Under the pieces are notes generated by a model. The model searched no databases. It was not told the origin of the DNA and was given only the letters and a program-made list of their open reading frames with translations. 64,000 nucleotides of DNA, taken from positions 27,584 through 91,583 of the forward strand of contig JBEKYR010000018.1 in assembly GCA_049510745.1 (NCBI GenBank), given 5' to 3'. How positions within the stretch are numbered: the stretch's first letter is position 1; each line of letters starts with the position of its first letter. Made by a program: the position numbers and the translations under genes. This DNA is from Verrucomicrobiota bacterium. GTDB lineage: Bacteria; Verrucomicrobiota; Verrucomicrobiia; Limisphaerales; Palsa-1400. This document shows, one piece after another, positions 20,130-27,722 of this stretch.

Positions 20130-21287
20130 TCAATCGCGGAATGGAGCGATATGGGCGCTGTAGCGGAGTTTGGCCGAGCTAAAAAACCCGCCACATTGAC
20201 TCCGGCGCGTGCAGCCCTCGCATTCTGGCATATATTCATTTTTCCAGTCCGAAATGCTCTTGCGGCTGAACTGTGTGAGCGCCGGGTCCAGGACGCACAG
20301 TTGATGATTGTATACTGAAACGGCCATTCTCGCCCGATGGAGCAGTTCGACGGCTTCTCGCAATTGAGGCTGATAATCCTTGGGGTCAATCCAGAGATCA
20401 TTCAGGTTGATTTTTGTAAATCCTGTAATCTCAAGCCCCATAAGAGCGACATGGTCGCAAAACGTCAGGTTTCGGCGGATAAAGAGGGCCAAGTCGGGCA
20501 GACGTTCGTATGTGGCCTTGTGAATGACGACGCGGATTTCCACTCGCACGCCCGCGCTTTTCAAGTTGATTATGCCGCGGATAGTGTCATCGAACGCCCC
20601 GTCAGCCTGAACAACGTAGTCGTGAATCGAAGAAATGTCAGAATAAACGGGTGTTCCTATCATGAGGTCCGGGTGCGCAACGGCAGCAAGAGACTTGGCG
20701 TAGTTCAAGTCCTTGAATTGCCTGCCGTTTGAGAGAATATGGAGCGCCGTCGAAGGGAGATAACTCTTGAAGTGTCGAACAATGTCGATGAGTTTCTGCC
20801 CTAGGAGCGTTGGCTCACCACCGGTGAGGCCAATTGCTTTGGTCTCAGGAGAAACGAGAGGAATCATCGTCAGAATCTCGTCCGCGAGATAGGAGTCTTC
20901 GTTGTCCTTTGGCGGTTGCGAACACATCAAACAGAAGTTGTTGCATCGCTCGGTTGTAAGGAAGAAGTTATGTGGGGAATTCCTGCGATACAGCGTGCGA
21001 AGGCTGTTCCGCTTTTGATTGAGTCTTACAATGTCCCCCTCATCCAAGTACGACAACTCCTGCTCCAACAAAAATGAGTTTCTAGGCACGGCTCCGGAAG
21101 GCTTTTCAAAGAAGAGGTAACCCGCAAAACCTGGCGGGATGTTTTCTGGTGCCTTCCGGAAAAGTAGAAATTCATTCGAACGAAGGGGGCGCACAAAATT
21201 CGGGTTCACCGTGACCCTGCGAACGGTCACTTCCGGCTCAGTGACCTGGCTCAGCGGAGAAACGCATGTAGATGACAATTTCAACAT
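20130..21287 (-). CDS. hxsC: His-Xaa-Ser system radical SAM maturase HxsC
   Basis: TERCNNFCLMCSQPP, TGGEPTL, LSNGR, HDYVVQA.GAF, YNHQLC, SISDWKN, CEGC...CGG; operon context. Confidence 0.88.
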   Translation of the reverse strand: MLKLSSTCVSPLSQVTEPEVTVRRVTVNPNFVRPLRSNEFLLFRKAPENIPPGFAGYLFFEKPSGAVPRNSFLLEQELSYLDEGDIVRLNQKRNSLRTLYRRNSPHNFFLTTERCNNFCLMCSQPPKDNEDSYLADEILTMIPLVSPETKAIGLTGGEPTLLGQKLIDIVRHFKSYLPSTALHILSNGRQFKDLNYAKSLAAVAHPDLMIGTPVYSDISSIHDYVVQADGAFDDTIRGIINLKSAGVRVEIRVVIHKATYERLPDLALFIRRNLTFCDHVALMGLEITGFTKINLNDLWIDPKDYQPQLREAVELLHRARMAVSVYNHQLCVLDPALTQFSRKSISDWKNEYMPECEGCTRRSQCGGFFSSAKLRYSAHIAPFRD

Positions 21288-21291
21288 GACA

Positions 21292-22752
21292 TCACCATCG
21301 TACCCAGCCTTCCAGCACCCTTCTCGCTTCGGGATCATCCTCCATCTTCTGGATTATGTACCGGAAGACACCCATGTTCTTCGTGCAAAATCCACTGAGG
21401 GCTTTGTGCCCGACAAAATCGTGTTGCGTGGCATAATGATAGTCGGGGTCGCAACCACAGTATGGTAAGAAGGCGCACTCCTCGCACATAGGAACCGATT
21501 CCGCGACAGATTCCTCTAACGGCGTAAGTAACGCAGGAGAAGTCATCATCTGCTCATAGCTATCTTTAAGCAAGTTCCCCATGCAGAAGATTTTGTCTCC
21601 CATCTCCGCCTTCATGCGAGCCTCGTCAGAAGGATACACTTCACCGTTGTAGTTAAAAATGACCCCTGCTATGCCGATGCCCGCTGGCGATTGGAGGTTC
21701 ACAAACCCCGTTCCATAAGGCGTGAGCATTTTCTGAAGAGCCAAAACCGTGTAGTATTCGACAAAGAAAAGCCCCTGCTTGTTGAGTTCAATGATGTAAT
21801 CGAGGCCGGTGCGATAGAATGTTTGCCACTCGCGGGCATCGTACTCATCAAAGCACTTAGTCTTTATGGCAAACCCAAAAGGACTCAGACTGCGAAGAAA
21901 TATGCCCCGGAAATCTTGCCTCACATACTCATCGACAATGTCGGTTACTCTGGTCAGACTCGCTTTGGTTGTTGTCATCAAAGCATTGACCCGGTACTTC
22001 CCCAATGCCTCCCGTGCCCGCCTTATGCCTTCTATGGTGATCTCGTAACTTTTGTTACCAGCGTTGGGCCTGTTGGTATTGTGGAGATCCTTTGGACCGT
22101 CCAAGGAAGTAGAAATCAACACGTTTTCATCACGACAGAAGTTCAAAATATCATTGTCAAGTACCGAAAGGTTGGTCGCAATCACAAACGCAAGGTTCCG
22201 CCGCTCGGTGATGTTGCGCTTATTTGCAGCAAGGACGATGTGCTTAATTAGCCCAAAATTGAGAAGGGGCTCTCCGCCTTGGAACTCGATCTTGATCGCC
22301 GGTGCCGGGCTCTTGAAAGTGAAGTCGATTGCCTTGTCTGCCATAAGGACAGTCATGTCGAAAGCGGTTCGATCCTCGCTCTGTCTGGAGACTTGGCAGT
22401 ACTTGCAAGAATGATTGCACCTCAGGGTGACCACGAACATGTGCAAACCAGTGAAATCCGCAATGCGCTTTCGCTTCGTGCGCGCTTTAAGCGTGACCAA
22501 ATCCATCGCGACATTGGAATCGGCGTCCTGAATGAAGTGCTTCGATTTAAGTGAATAGTAGAGCGGAGTATTTTGCGCGAGAGTCTTGTTAACGGTCGCC
22601 TCCAACTCAGGCCGCTTCAATACCTGCCATTCTCCCACCTCATTGACAGCCACATAACGCGTTCCGTCGAGACGAATGAAGCGGAAAGGAAGCAAACGAT
22701 AGCCTTTTTCTGCTGGCAAGTAATGCGCTTGCTCTTTGAAAACGGCAGGCAT
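21292..22752 (-). CDS. hxsB: His-Xaa-Ser system radical SAM maturase HxsB
   Basis: YRLLPFRF N-terminus, TLRCNHSCKYCQVS, EFQGGEPLLN, SLDGP, SDEARM, C-terminal CEEC...YCGCDP...FC; alternative TTG start at 22761. Confidence 0.88.
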   Translation of the reverse strand: MPAVFKEQAHYLPAEKGYRLLPFRFIRLDGTRYVAVNEVGEWQVLKRPELEATVNKTLAQNTPLYYSLKSKHFIQDADSNVAMDLVTLKARTKRKRIADFTGLHMFVVTLRCNHSCKYCQVSRQSEDRTAFDMTVLMADKAIDFTFKSPAPAIKIEFQGGEPLLNFGLIKHIVLAANKRNITERRNLAFVIATNLSVLDNDILNFCRDENVLISTSLDGPKDLHNTNRPNAGNKSYEITIEGIRRAREALGKYRVNALMTTTKASLTRVTDIVDEYVRQDFRGIFLRSLSPFGFAIKTKCFDEYDAREWQTFYRTGLDYIIELNKQGLFFVEYYTVLALQKMLTPYGTGFVNLQSPAGIGIAGVIFNYNGEVYPSDEARMKAEMGDKIFCMGNLLKDSYEQMMTSPALLTPLEESVAESVPMCEECAFLPYCGCDPDYHYATQHDFVGHKALSGFCTKNMGVFRYIIQKMEDDPEARRVLEGWVRW

Positions 22753-22757
22753 CCCAA

Positions 22758-23084
22758 TCAATCTTCCTCTGCAAGCGATGTGCCGGAGAATGCGTGCGCA
22801 AGGATCAAGTTCCTGAGCGGTCCTGCTTCGCGTCGAATGATCTCACGGAGGTCTTGATCCAAAAGCTCGTTGCAGAAGTCAGAGATGACCTGCTCCGGAT
22901 TGTTCTTATCGTGTTTGCCGACGAAATTAAAAATAACCGAGAGAGTCGAGTCCCGGCCCGGATTGATGATGACGGATGTTCTGTCAGCGAACCTGTACGC
23001 AGCCTTCTTTATGGCTTCCATCGAATAGATCGACGTATCCAACGAAAGAACGTATCCCGATGGATCCCGAGAAATCCCATTCAT
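22758..23084 (-). CDS. hxsD: His-Xaa-Ser system protein HxsD
   Basis: 108 aa with 'YSMEAIKKAAY' and 'FCNELLDQDLRE...RNLILAHAFS'; lies between the precursor and the radical SAM genes. Confidence 0.82.
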   Translation of the reverse strand: MNGISRDPSGYVLSLDTSIYSMEAIKKAAYRFADRTSVIINPGRDSTLSVIFNFVGKHDKNNPEQVISDFCNELLDQDLREIIRREAGPLRNLILAHAFSGTSLAEED

Positions 23085-23097
23085 GACCACAACAGGG

Positions 23098-23358
23098 TCA
23101 AAGTCCCGAAGAGTGCGAATCGTGCGAGGAGTGCGAATCGTGCGAAGAGTGTGAATCGTGATCGCGCATACCTGCACTTGCCGCTACAGGAACCGATGGC
23201 ACAATGACGAATTTTTGCGGCAGAGTCAATTGTTGGGCAACTGCCGGAGAGGCGTCTGAGCCTTGTGTTGTGAGCGCATTGACTGGAACCGTGTTGAGCA
23301 GCGCGGCGCTGGCCACGGAGAGTGACATCAGAAAGCCGAATTTTGTTTCTCGTTTCAT
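23098..23358 (-). CDS. hxsA: His-Xaa-Ser repeat precursor peptide HxsA
   Basis: 86 aa; signal-like N-terminus; C-terminal HDSHSSHDSHSSHDSHSS encoded by three 18-bp repeats (23107-23160). Confidence 0.88.
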   Translation of the reverse strand: MKRETKFGFLMSLSVASAALLNTVPVNALTTQGSDASPAVAQQLTLPQKFVIVPSVPVAASAGMRDHDSHSSHDSHSSHDSHSSGL

Positions 23359-23600
23359 ATATTTTTCTTAAACCACATCACACAGGCAATTTGCCCATAC
23401 AATTGCCAATAAAACACTTCTTTCAGTGTATAAATCGTAACCAATAAGACAGCGAAGTCAAGGGAAAAATTCAATTATATTTCTCTGGTCTTATGAAGCG
23501 AAGCGGGATGATCCCCACCCCCGCCACTGATTTGTTTCAGCCGCGGAGGGTTCGGCGTGGCACAGGGAGTGCAGCGGGACGTGCCTGCTGTTTGCGAAAT

Positions 23601-23882
23601 TTATCCCACTCGGACGAGTTCATTCTCCGTGCGGAGGTGGCGGGTGAACGGCGTGTCGATGTCCAGATCAATCAAATCCACCGAACGGCCGGTCAAATCG
23701 CTGACGCGCGCGCCCATGCGATAGAAAACCGACGGGGGCAGGCCGGAAACCGCCAAGTCGAGATCGGAAGCGGCATCACCCGACCCTTTGGCAGCGGAGC
23801 CAAAGACGTAAATCTCCCGTGCGCCGGCAGACTTGAGTTCGGCCGCGGCGCGCTTGATTAAAATGTCCGTCTCGGCGCTCAC
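23601..23882 (-). CDS. minimal nucleotidyltransferase (MNT antitoxin), orphan
   Basis: YVFGSAAKG...SDLDLAV...VDLIDL. Confidence 0.85.
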   Translation of the reverse strand: MSAETDILIKRAAAELKSAGAREIYVFGSAAKGSGDAASDLDLAVSGLPPSVFYRMGARVSDLTGRSVDLIDLDIDTPFTRHLRTENELVRVG

Positions 23883-23972
23883 GATTACAATTGATTGTGC
23901 GTCTTTTGAGTCTGAAAGTCAAAATATTCCCGTACCCTGAATGTTTCGGATTAGGAGTAGGACTCAATGCTC

Positions 23973-24038
23973 TCAATCTTCCGTAAAAAGATACTCCAGG
24001 TCGGACTTTGACAAGTTGCGGGCGAAGCCCTGTTCGCC
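23973..24038 (-). pseudogene. diverged duplicate of the last 21 codons plus stop of the SNF2 gene
   Basis: Encodes GEQGFARNLSKSDLEYLFTED* versus ...LFAED* at 24097-24162. Confidence 0.85.
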
Positions 24039-24096
24039 GGACGTATTCCGCCGGCGGGACGCCGGCGGAGGCGGTCGAGACGACCGCGCTCCCAAT

Positions 24097-27000
24097 TCAA
24101 TCTTCGGCGAAGAGATACTCCAGGTCGGACTTTGAGAGATTGCGGGCGAAGCCCTGTTCGCCGAGAACGTCGGCGATGGTCTGGGCTTTGCGCTGCTGCA
24201 ATTCCCAGATTTTTTCCTCGACCGTCCCCGGAGCGATCAAGCGGTAGGCGTTGACGGTCACGGTCTGGCCAATCCGATGCGAGCGGTCGATGGCTTGCGC
24301 CTCGACGGCGGGGTTCCACCAGGGATCGTACAAAATCACAGTGCTGGCCGTGGTGAGGTTGAGGCCCGTGCCGGCGGCGCGCAAGCTGAGCAGAAAAACC
24401 GCCGGGTCGGGATCGTTTTGGAACGCTTGCATGACCTGCTGGCGGTCTTTGGTGTCGCCCGTCAGGATATGGGTGCGAATCTGGCGGGCGGCGCATTCCT
24501 TCTCCAAGAGCCTGAGCATCCGCACAAACTGGCTGAAGAGCAGCACCTTCCGGTTCCCGGCCAGCAACGGCTCGAGCAGTTCAAACAACGTCTCCGTTTT
24601 GCCGGAAGCGGCGTCGTTGCCCACCAGGTCGGGATGACAGCAAATCTGGCGCAGGCGGGTCAAAGCGGCCAGGACGTGGATGGTGCTGGCGCGGACGCCG
24701 CGCTCGGCGACGGTGTTCATGACCTGTTCGCGGCTGCGGCGCAATTCGGCCAGGTAGAGCTTGCGTTGGGCCTCGCCCAGTTCGCAATCGCGCCGCAGCT
24801 CGATGCGGTCGGGCAGGTCCTGGGCCACTTCGCTTTTGAGGCGGCGCAACATGAGGGGGCGGAGTTTGGCGGCCAGACGGCGGCAGGCGATGCGTTGCTC
24901 GTCGCCCGCGTTTTCGCCGCGCGGTTCGTATTTTTCGCGGAACTTGGCCTGGGTGCCCAGGTAGCCGGGCTGGACGAAATCGACGATGCTCCAGAGGTCG
25001 AGCAGGCGATTCTCCAGCGGGGTGCCCGTCAGCGCCAAACGCTGGCCGGCCTGGAGTTGTTTGACCGAGACGCTGATCTGGGCGTCGGGATTTTTGATGA
25101 ACTGCGCCTCGTCGAGGATGACGACGCGAAAGTGAAATCGTTGCAGGGCCTCGAGGTCGCGCCGCAACAAGGCGTAATTGGTGACGATCAAGTCGTGTTC
25201 GGGGATTTGTCTGCGCAAATTGTGCCGCGCGGCCCCGCTCTCCAGCACCAGCACTTTGAGCATGGGCGTGAACCGGCTGGCTTCCCGCCGCCAATTGTGC
25301 AGCACCGAGGCCGGGCAGATGACCAGAACCGGCTTGCTGTGGCGATTGGCCGCCTTCATCCACGCCACCCAGAGCAACGCTTGCAGCGTCTTGCCCAGCC
25401 CCATGTCATCGGCCAGAATTCCGCCCAATTTGTGCCGGGTCAGGTGGCACAGGAAATTGAAACCGGCCCGCTGATACGGCCGCAGCTCGGCGTTAATGCC
25501 TTCGGGCAGAGGCGTCACCGGAATGCCGCTGAATTCGGCCAGATGGCGGCGCAGGGCCTGCCCTTCAGGCGAGTCGCCGAACCGCTTGAGTCCTTCTTCG
25601 TCAAGATGGGCCGCTTGTTCCAGGCCCAAGCGTTGCGGCACCGGGATCAGGCCATCGACGCCCAGATCGGCGAAGGTTTCGTGCGCCTCTTGCACGGCGG
25701 CGGCGTCCAATTGCAGCCAGCCGGCATCGGGCAATTTGACAAACCGCCCCGTGGCCGTCGCCAGCCGCTGCAAATCCGCCGCGGTCAACTTGACGCCCTC
25801 GGCTTCCCATTGGGCGGAAACCGAAAACCAGTCGATGCCGCTGCCCTGCAGGACCAGGCGCGGACGCAACGGGCGCGGCGCAAGGAACAAGCGATGAAAG
25901 GCCGGGTTGCCCAGGAACTCGGCCTCCTCGGGGCGGTCGGGCCAGACGGCCGCCAATTGGGCCGGAAAATTGTCATTGGCGTCACCGACCCACACGCCGG
26001 GTTCAGGCGTAAACCAGTCCAGGCGGTGCAACCATTGCACCGCGCGCTCCAGCCGCGGATCATCCAGAATTCTCGGCCTGCCCTTCATATCGACCTGCGG
26101 ATCGTCGCATTCCCACTCCTGCCCGGTCCAATGCCAGGCGCCGCCGTCGCCGTCCGCCCGCGCCTGCAGGCGCAAGCGCACCACGTCATCGACCAACTCG
26201 AAAACGAAGCGCGGCTGGGCGGTGTGGACGACACATAATTGGTCCCAATCCACCGCCGGCGCGACCTGGGTCTTGCGCAATTGGGTCAAGAGACGATGGC
26301 TCAATCTGCTGACCGGCAGCGTCTGTCTTTTCACCCACGAGTTGAGCAACTCGTCCGGGGGCGCGCTGCGCAACAAATAAAAAGTGCTCCCCACCAGCGC
26401 GATCGCCGGACGCCCGGCGAAGAATTTGACCGCGCTGAGCGGATGCCCTTCCCCGCCGGGCAAGGTCAACTGGTGCGTAAAAAACAACTCGGTGTTGATC
26501 GTTTGCAGGTGCGGCTTCAACTCCGTCAAGTGGCCGTCAAAGACAATCGGCTCGCCGCCCTGGGCCATGCGCAGGCGGCCTTTGCCGCCCCAGCGCACCA
26601 GCCACTGGAACAACTCCGTTCCGGTCAAAACAAGCGATTCCCACAACCCCTCCGGATCGGCGTGGTTCTGGGCCAGCCATTGGATGAATTCCCAGTCCTC
26701 GGCGGAGAAGAGTTCCTCCTCGTGCGTGGCGCGCGCGGCCAGATCGGCCACTTCATGGACCGTTCTGAGCTTTTCGCCCGTGCGCTGCCGCGAGACAAAA
26801 AAGGCGACCGAAAGCCCGTGCAAAGCCGAGTCTTCGCTGACCGGCCTGGGTTCGCAGGCCACGCGGATGGCGGCGCGGGGCGCGTCCAGGCGCGCCGGCG
26901 AGGAGGGGAAGTGCCACTGTTCGAGTTGGCGGACGAACTGCTGGTCTTTCTCCGCCTGCTCGATTTCCGCAAACCGCTTCAAATTGGCGTGGGGCTGCAA

Positions 27001-27357
27001 TTCCGTCGGCAGCGGCCGGTTGAAGCGCAGGAAAAGGATGGCCGTCTCCTCCAGGCGTTTTTTGCCCTGGGTGGAAACGAGGCGGGACCACCATTCGTGC
27101 GAGCCGAAGTCCTTGCGCGACAAGGACAACTTCTCGAAATAATCCTCCAGCAGCAGCCAGGCGCGCTGGGGGTCGCCGCAATTGGCGAAGATGTTGAGCA
27201 ACTCGGTGCGCTCGGCCACGGTCGCCTTGGAGTCGGAGAGTTCGCGGCGCAACTCGGCCTGCGGCCCGTAGGCCTTGGCCAGCACGGTATGGTGGGCGTC
27301 ATACTTGGTCGTATTGCCCGAGGCCGTGGCATTGGTTTTGCGCGAAGTTTTAGTCAT
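24097..27357 (-). CDS. SNF2/SWI2-family helicase
   Basis: LRPYQ, LADDMGLGKT, DEAQFIKN, LTGTPLEN, GTGLNLT, DPWWNPAVEAQAIDRSHRIGQ. Confidence 0.95.
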   Translation of the reverse strand: MTKTSRKTNATASGNTTKYDAHHTVLAKAYGPQAELRRELSDSKATVAERTELLNIFANCGDPQRAWLLLEDYFEKLSLSRKDFGSHEWWSRLVSTQGKKRLEETAILFLRFNRPLPTELQPHANLKRFAEIEQAEKDQQFVRQLEQWHFPSSPARLDAPRAAIRVACEPRPVSEDSALHGLSVAFFVSRQRTGEKLRTVHEVADLAARATHEEELFSAEDWEFIQWLAQNHADPEGLWESLVLTGTELFQWLVRWGGKGRLRMAQGGEPIVFDGHLTELKPHLQTINTELFFTHQLTLPGGEGHPLSAVKFFAGRPAIALVGSTFYLLRSAPPDELLNSWVKRQTLPVSRLSHRLLTQLRKTQVAPAVDWDQLCVVHTAQPRFVFELVDDVVRLRLQARADGDGGAWHWTGQEWECDDPQVDMKGRPRILDDPRLERAVQWLHRLDWFTPEPGVWVGDANDNFPAQLAAVWPDRPEEAEFLGNPAFHRLFLAPRPLRPRLVLQGSGIDWFSVSAQWEAEGVKLTAADLQRLATATGRFVKLPDAGWLQLDAAAVQEAHETFADLGVDGLIPVPQRLGLEQAAHLDEEGLKRFGDSPEGQALRRHLAEFSGIPVTPLPEGINAELRPYQRAGFNFLCHLTRHKLGGILADDMGLGKTLQALLWVAWMKAANRHSKPVLVICPASVLHNWRREASRFTPMLKVLVLESGAARHNLRRQIPEHDLIVTNYALLRRDLEALQRFHFRVVILDEAQFIKNPDAQISVSVKQLQAGQRLALTGTPLENRLLDLWSIVDFVQPGYLGTQAKFREKYEPRGENAGDEQRIACRRLAAKLRPLMLRRLKSEVAQDLPDRIELRRDCELGEAQRKLYLAELRRSREQVMNTVAERGVRASTIHVLAALTRLRQICCHPDLVGNDAASGKTETLFELLEPLLAGNRKVLLFSQFVRMLRLLEKECAARQIRTHILTGDTKDRQQVMQAFQNDPDPAVFLLSLRAAGTGLNLTTASTVILYDPWWNPAVEAQAIDRSHRIGQTVTVNAYRLIAPGTVEEKIWELQQRKAQTIADVLGEQGFARNLSKSDLEYLFAED

Positions 27358-27483
27358 GCAACAATTGAAACTGGACTAAACCGGTACACCTTAATCTCGA
27401 CACAATCCCCCACCCGGCGTCAACAGAAAAGCGCGTATTTTTCGACCCCCGGGAACAGGAAACATAGGGGAATGGATGAGGTT

Positions 27484-27620
27484 TGAATCAGTGAATCAGT
27501 GAATTAATGAATGGAAAAATGCTTTGCCTTGGTTCCAAAAGGTGGGGGCCACTCATCAATTCACTCATTCACCCATTCACTGATTCACTGATTCGCTCAT
27601 TCATTTATTCGTTTATTCAC
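27484..27620. repeat. inverted arrays of 8-bp repeats (tgaatcag / ctgattca)
   Basis: tgaatcagtgaatcagtgaattaatgaat ... attcactgattcactgattc; related copy at about 19681. Confidence 0.7.
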
Positions 27621-27722
27621 TTTGTCCGGCTTGAATCTTTCCGGCGAAAGGGTAGAATCAGGGTGGAGTTCGAATCAGGCACCGCTGCCTTGCGTTGTCT
27701 GGCGGCGGGACGATTCTTTACC

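Noticed and set aside
23107..23160. 18-bp repeats as a possible CRISPR array
   Set aside because: Contiguous coding repeats with no spacers and no cas genes
23085..23177. N-terminal extension of HxsD (RTIRTPRTIRTLR repeats)
   Set aside because: It is the alternative-frame reading of the hxsA His-Xaa-Ser repeats; ATG at 23084 is the more plausible start
27661..27685. gttcgaatc T-loop-like motif (possible tRNA)
   Set aside because: No T-stem pairing or cloverleaf could be built
27507..27722. N-terminal extension of the S53 peptidase
   Set aside because: It translates the 8-bp repeat array (IHSF-type repeats); the real start is probably 27723 or later
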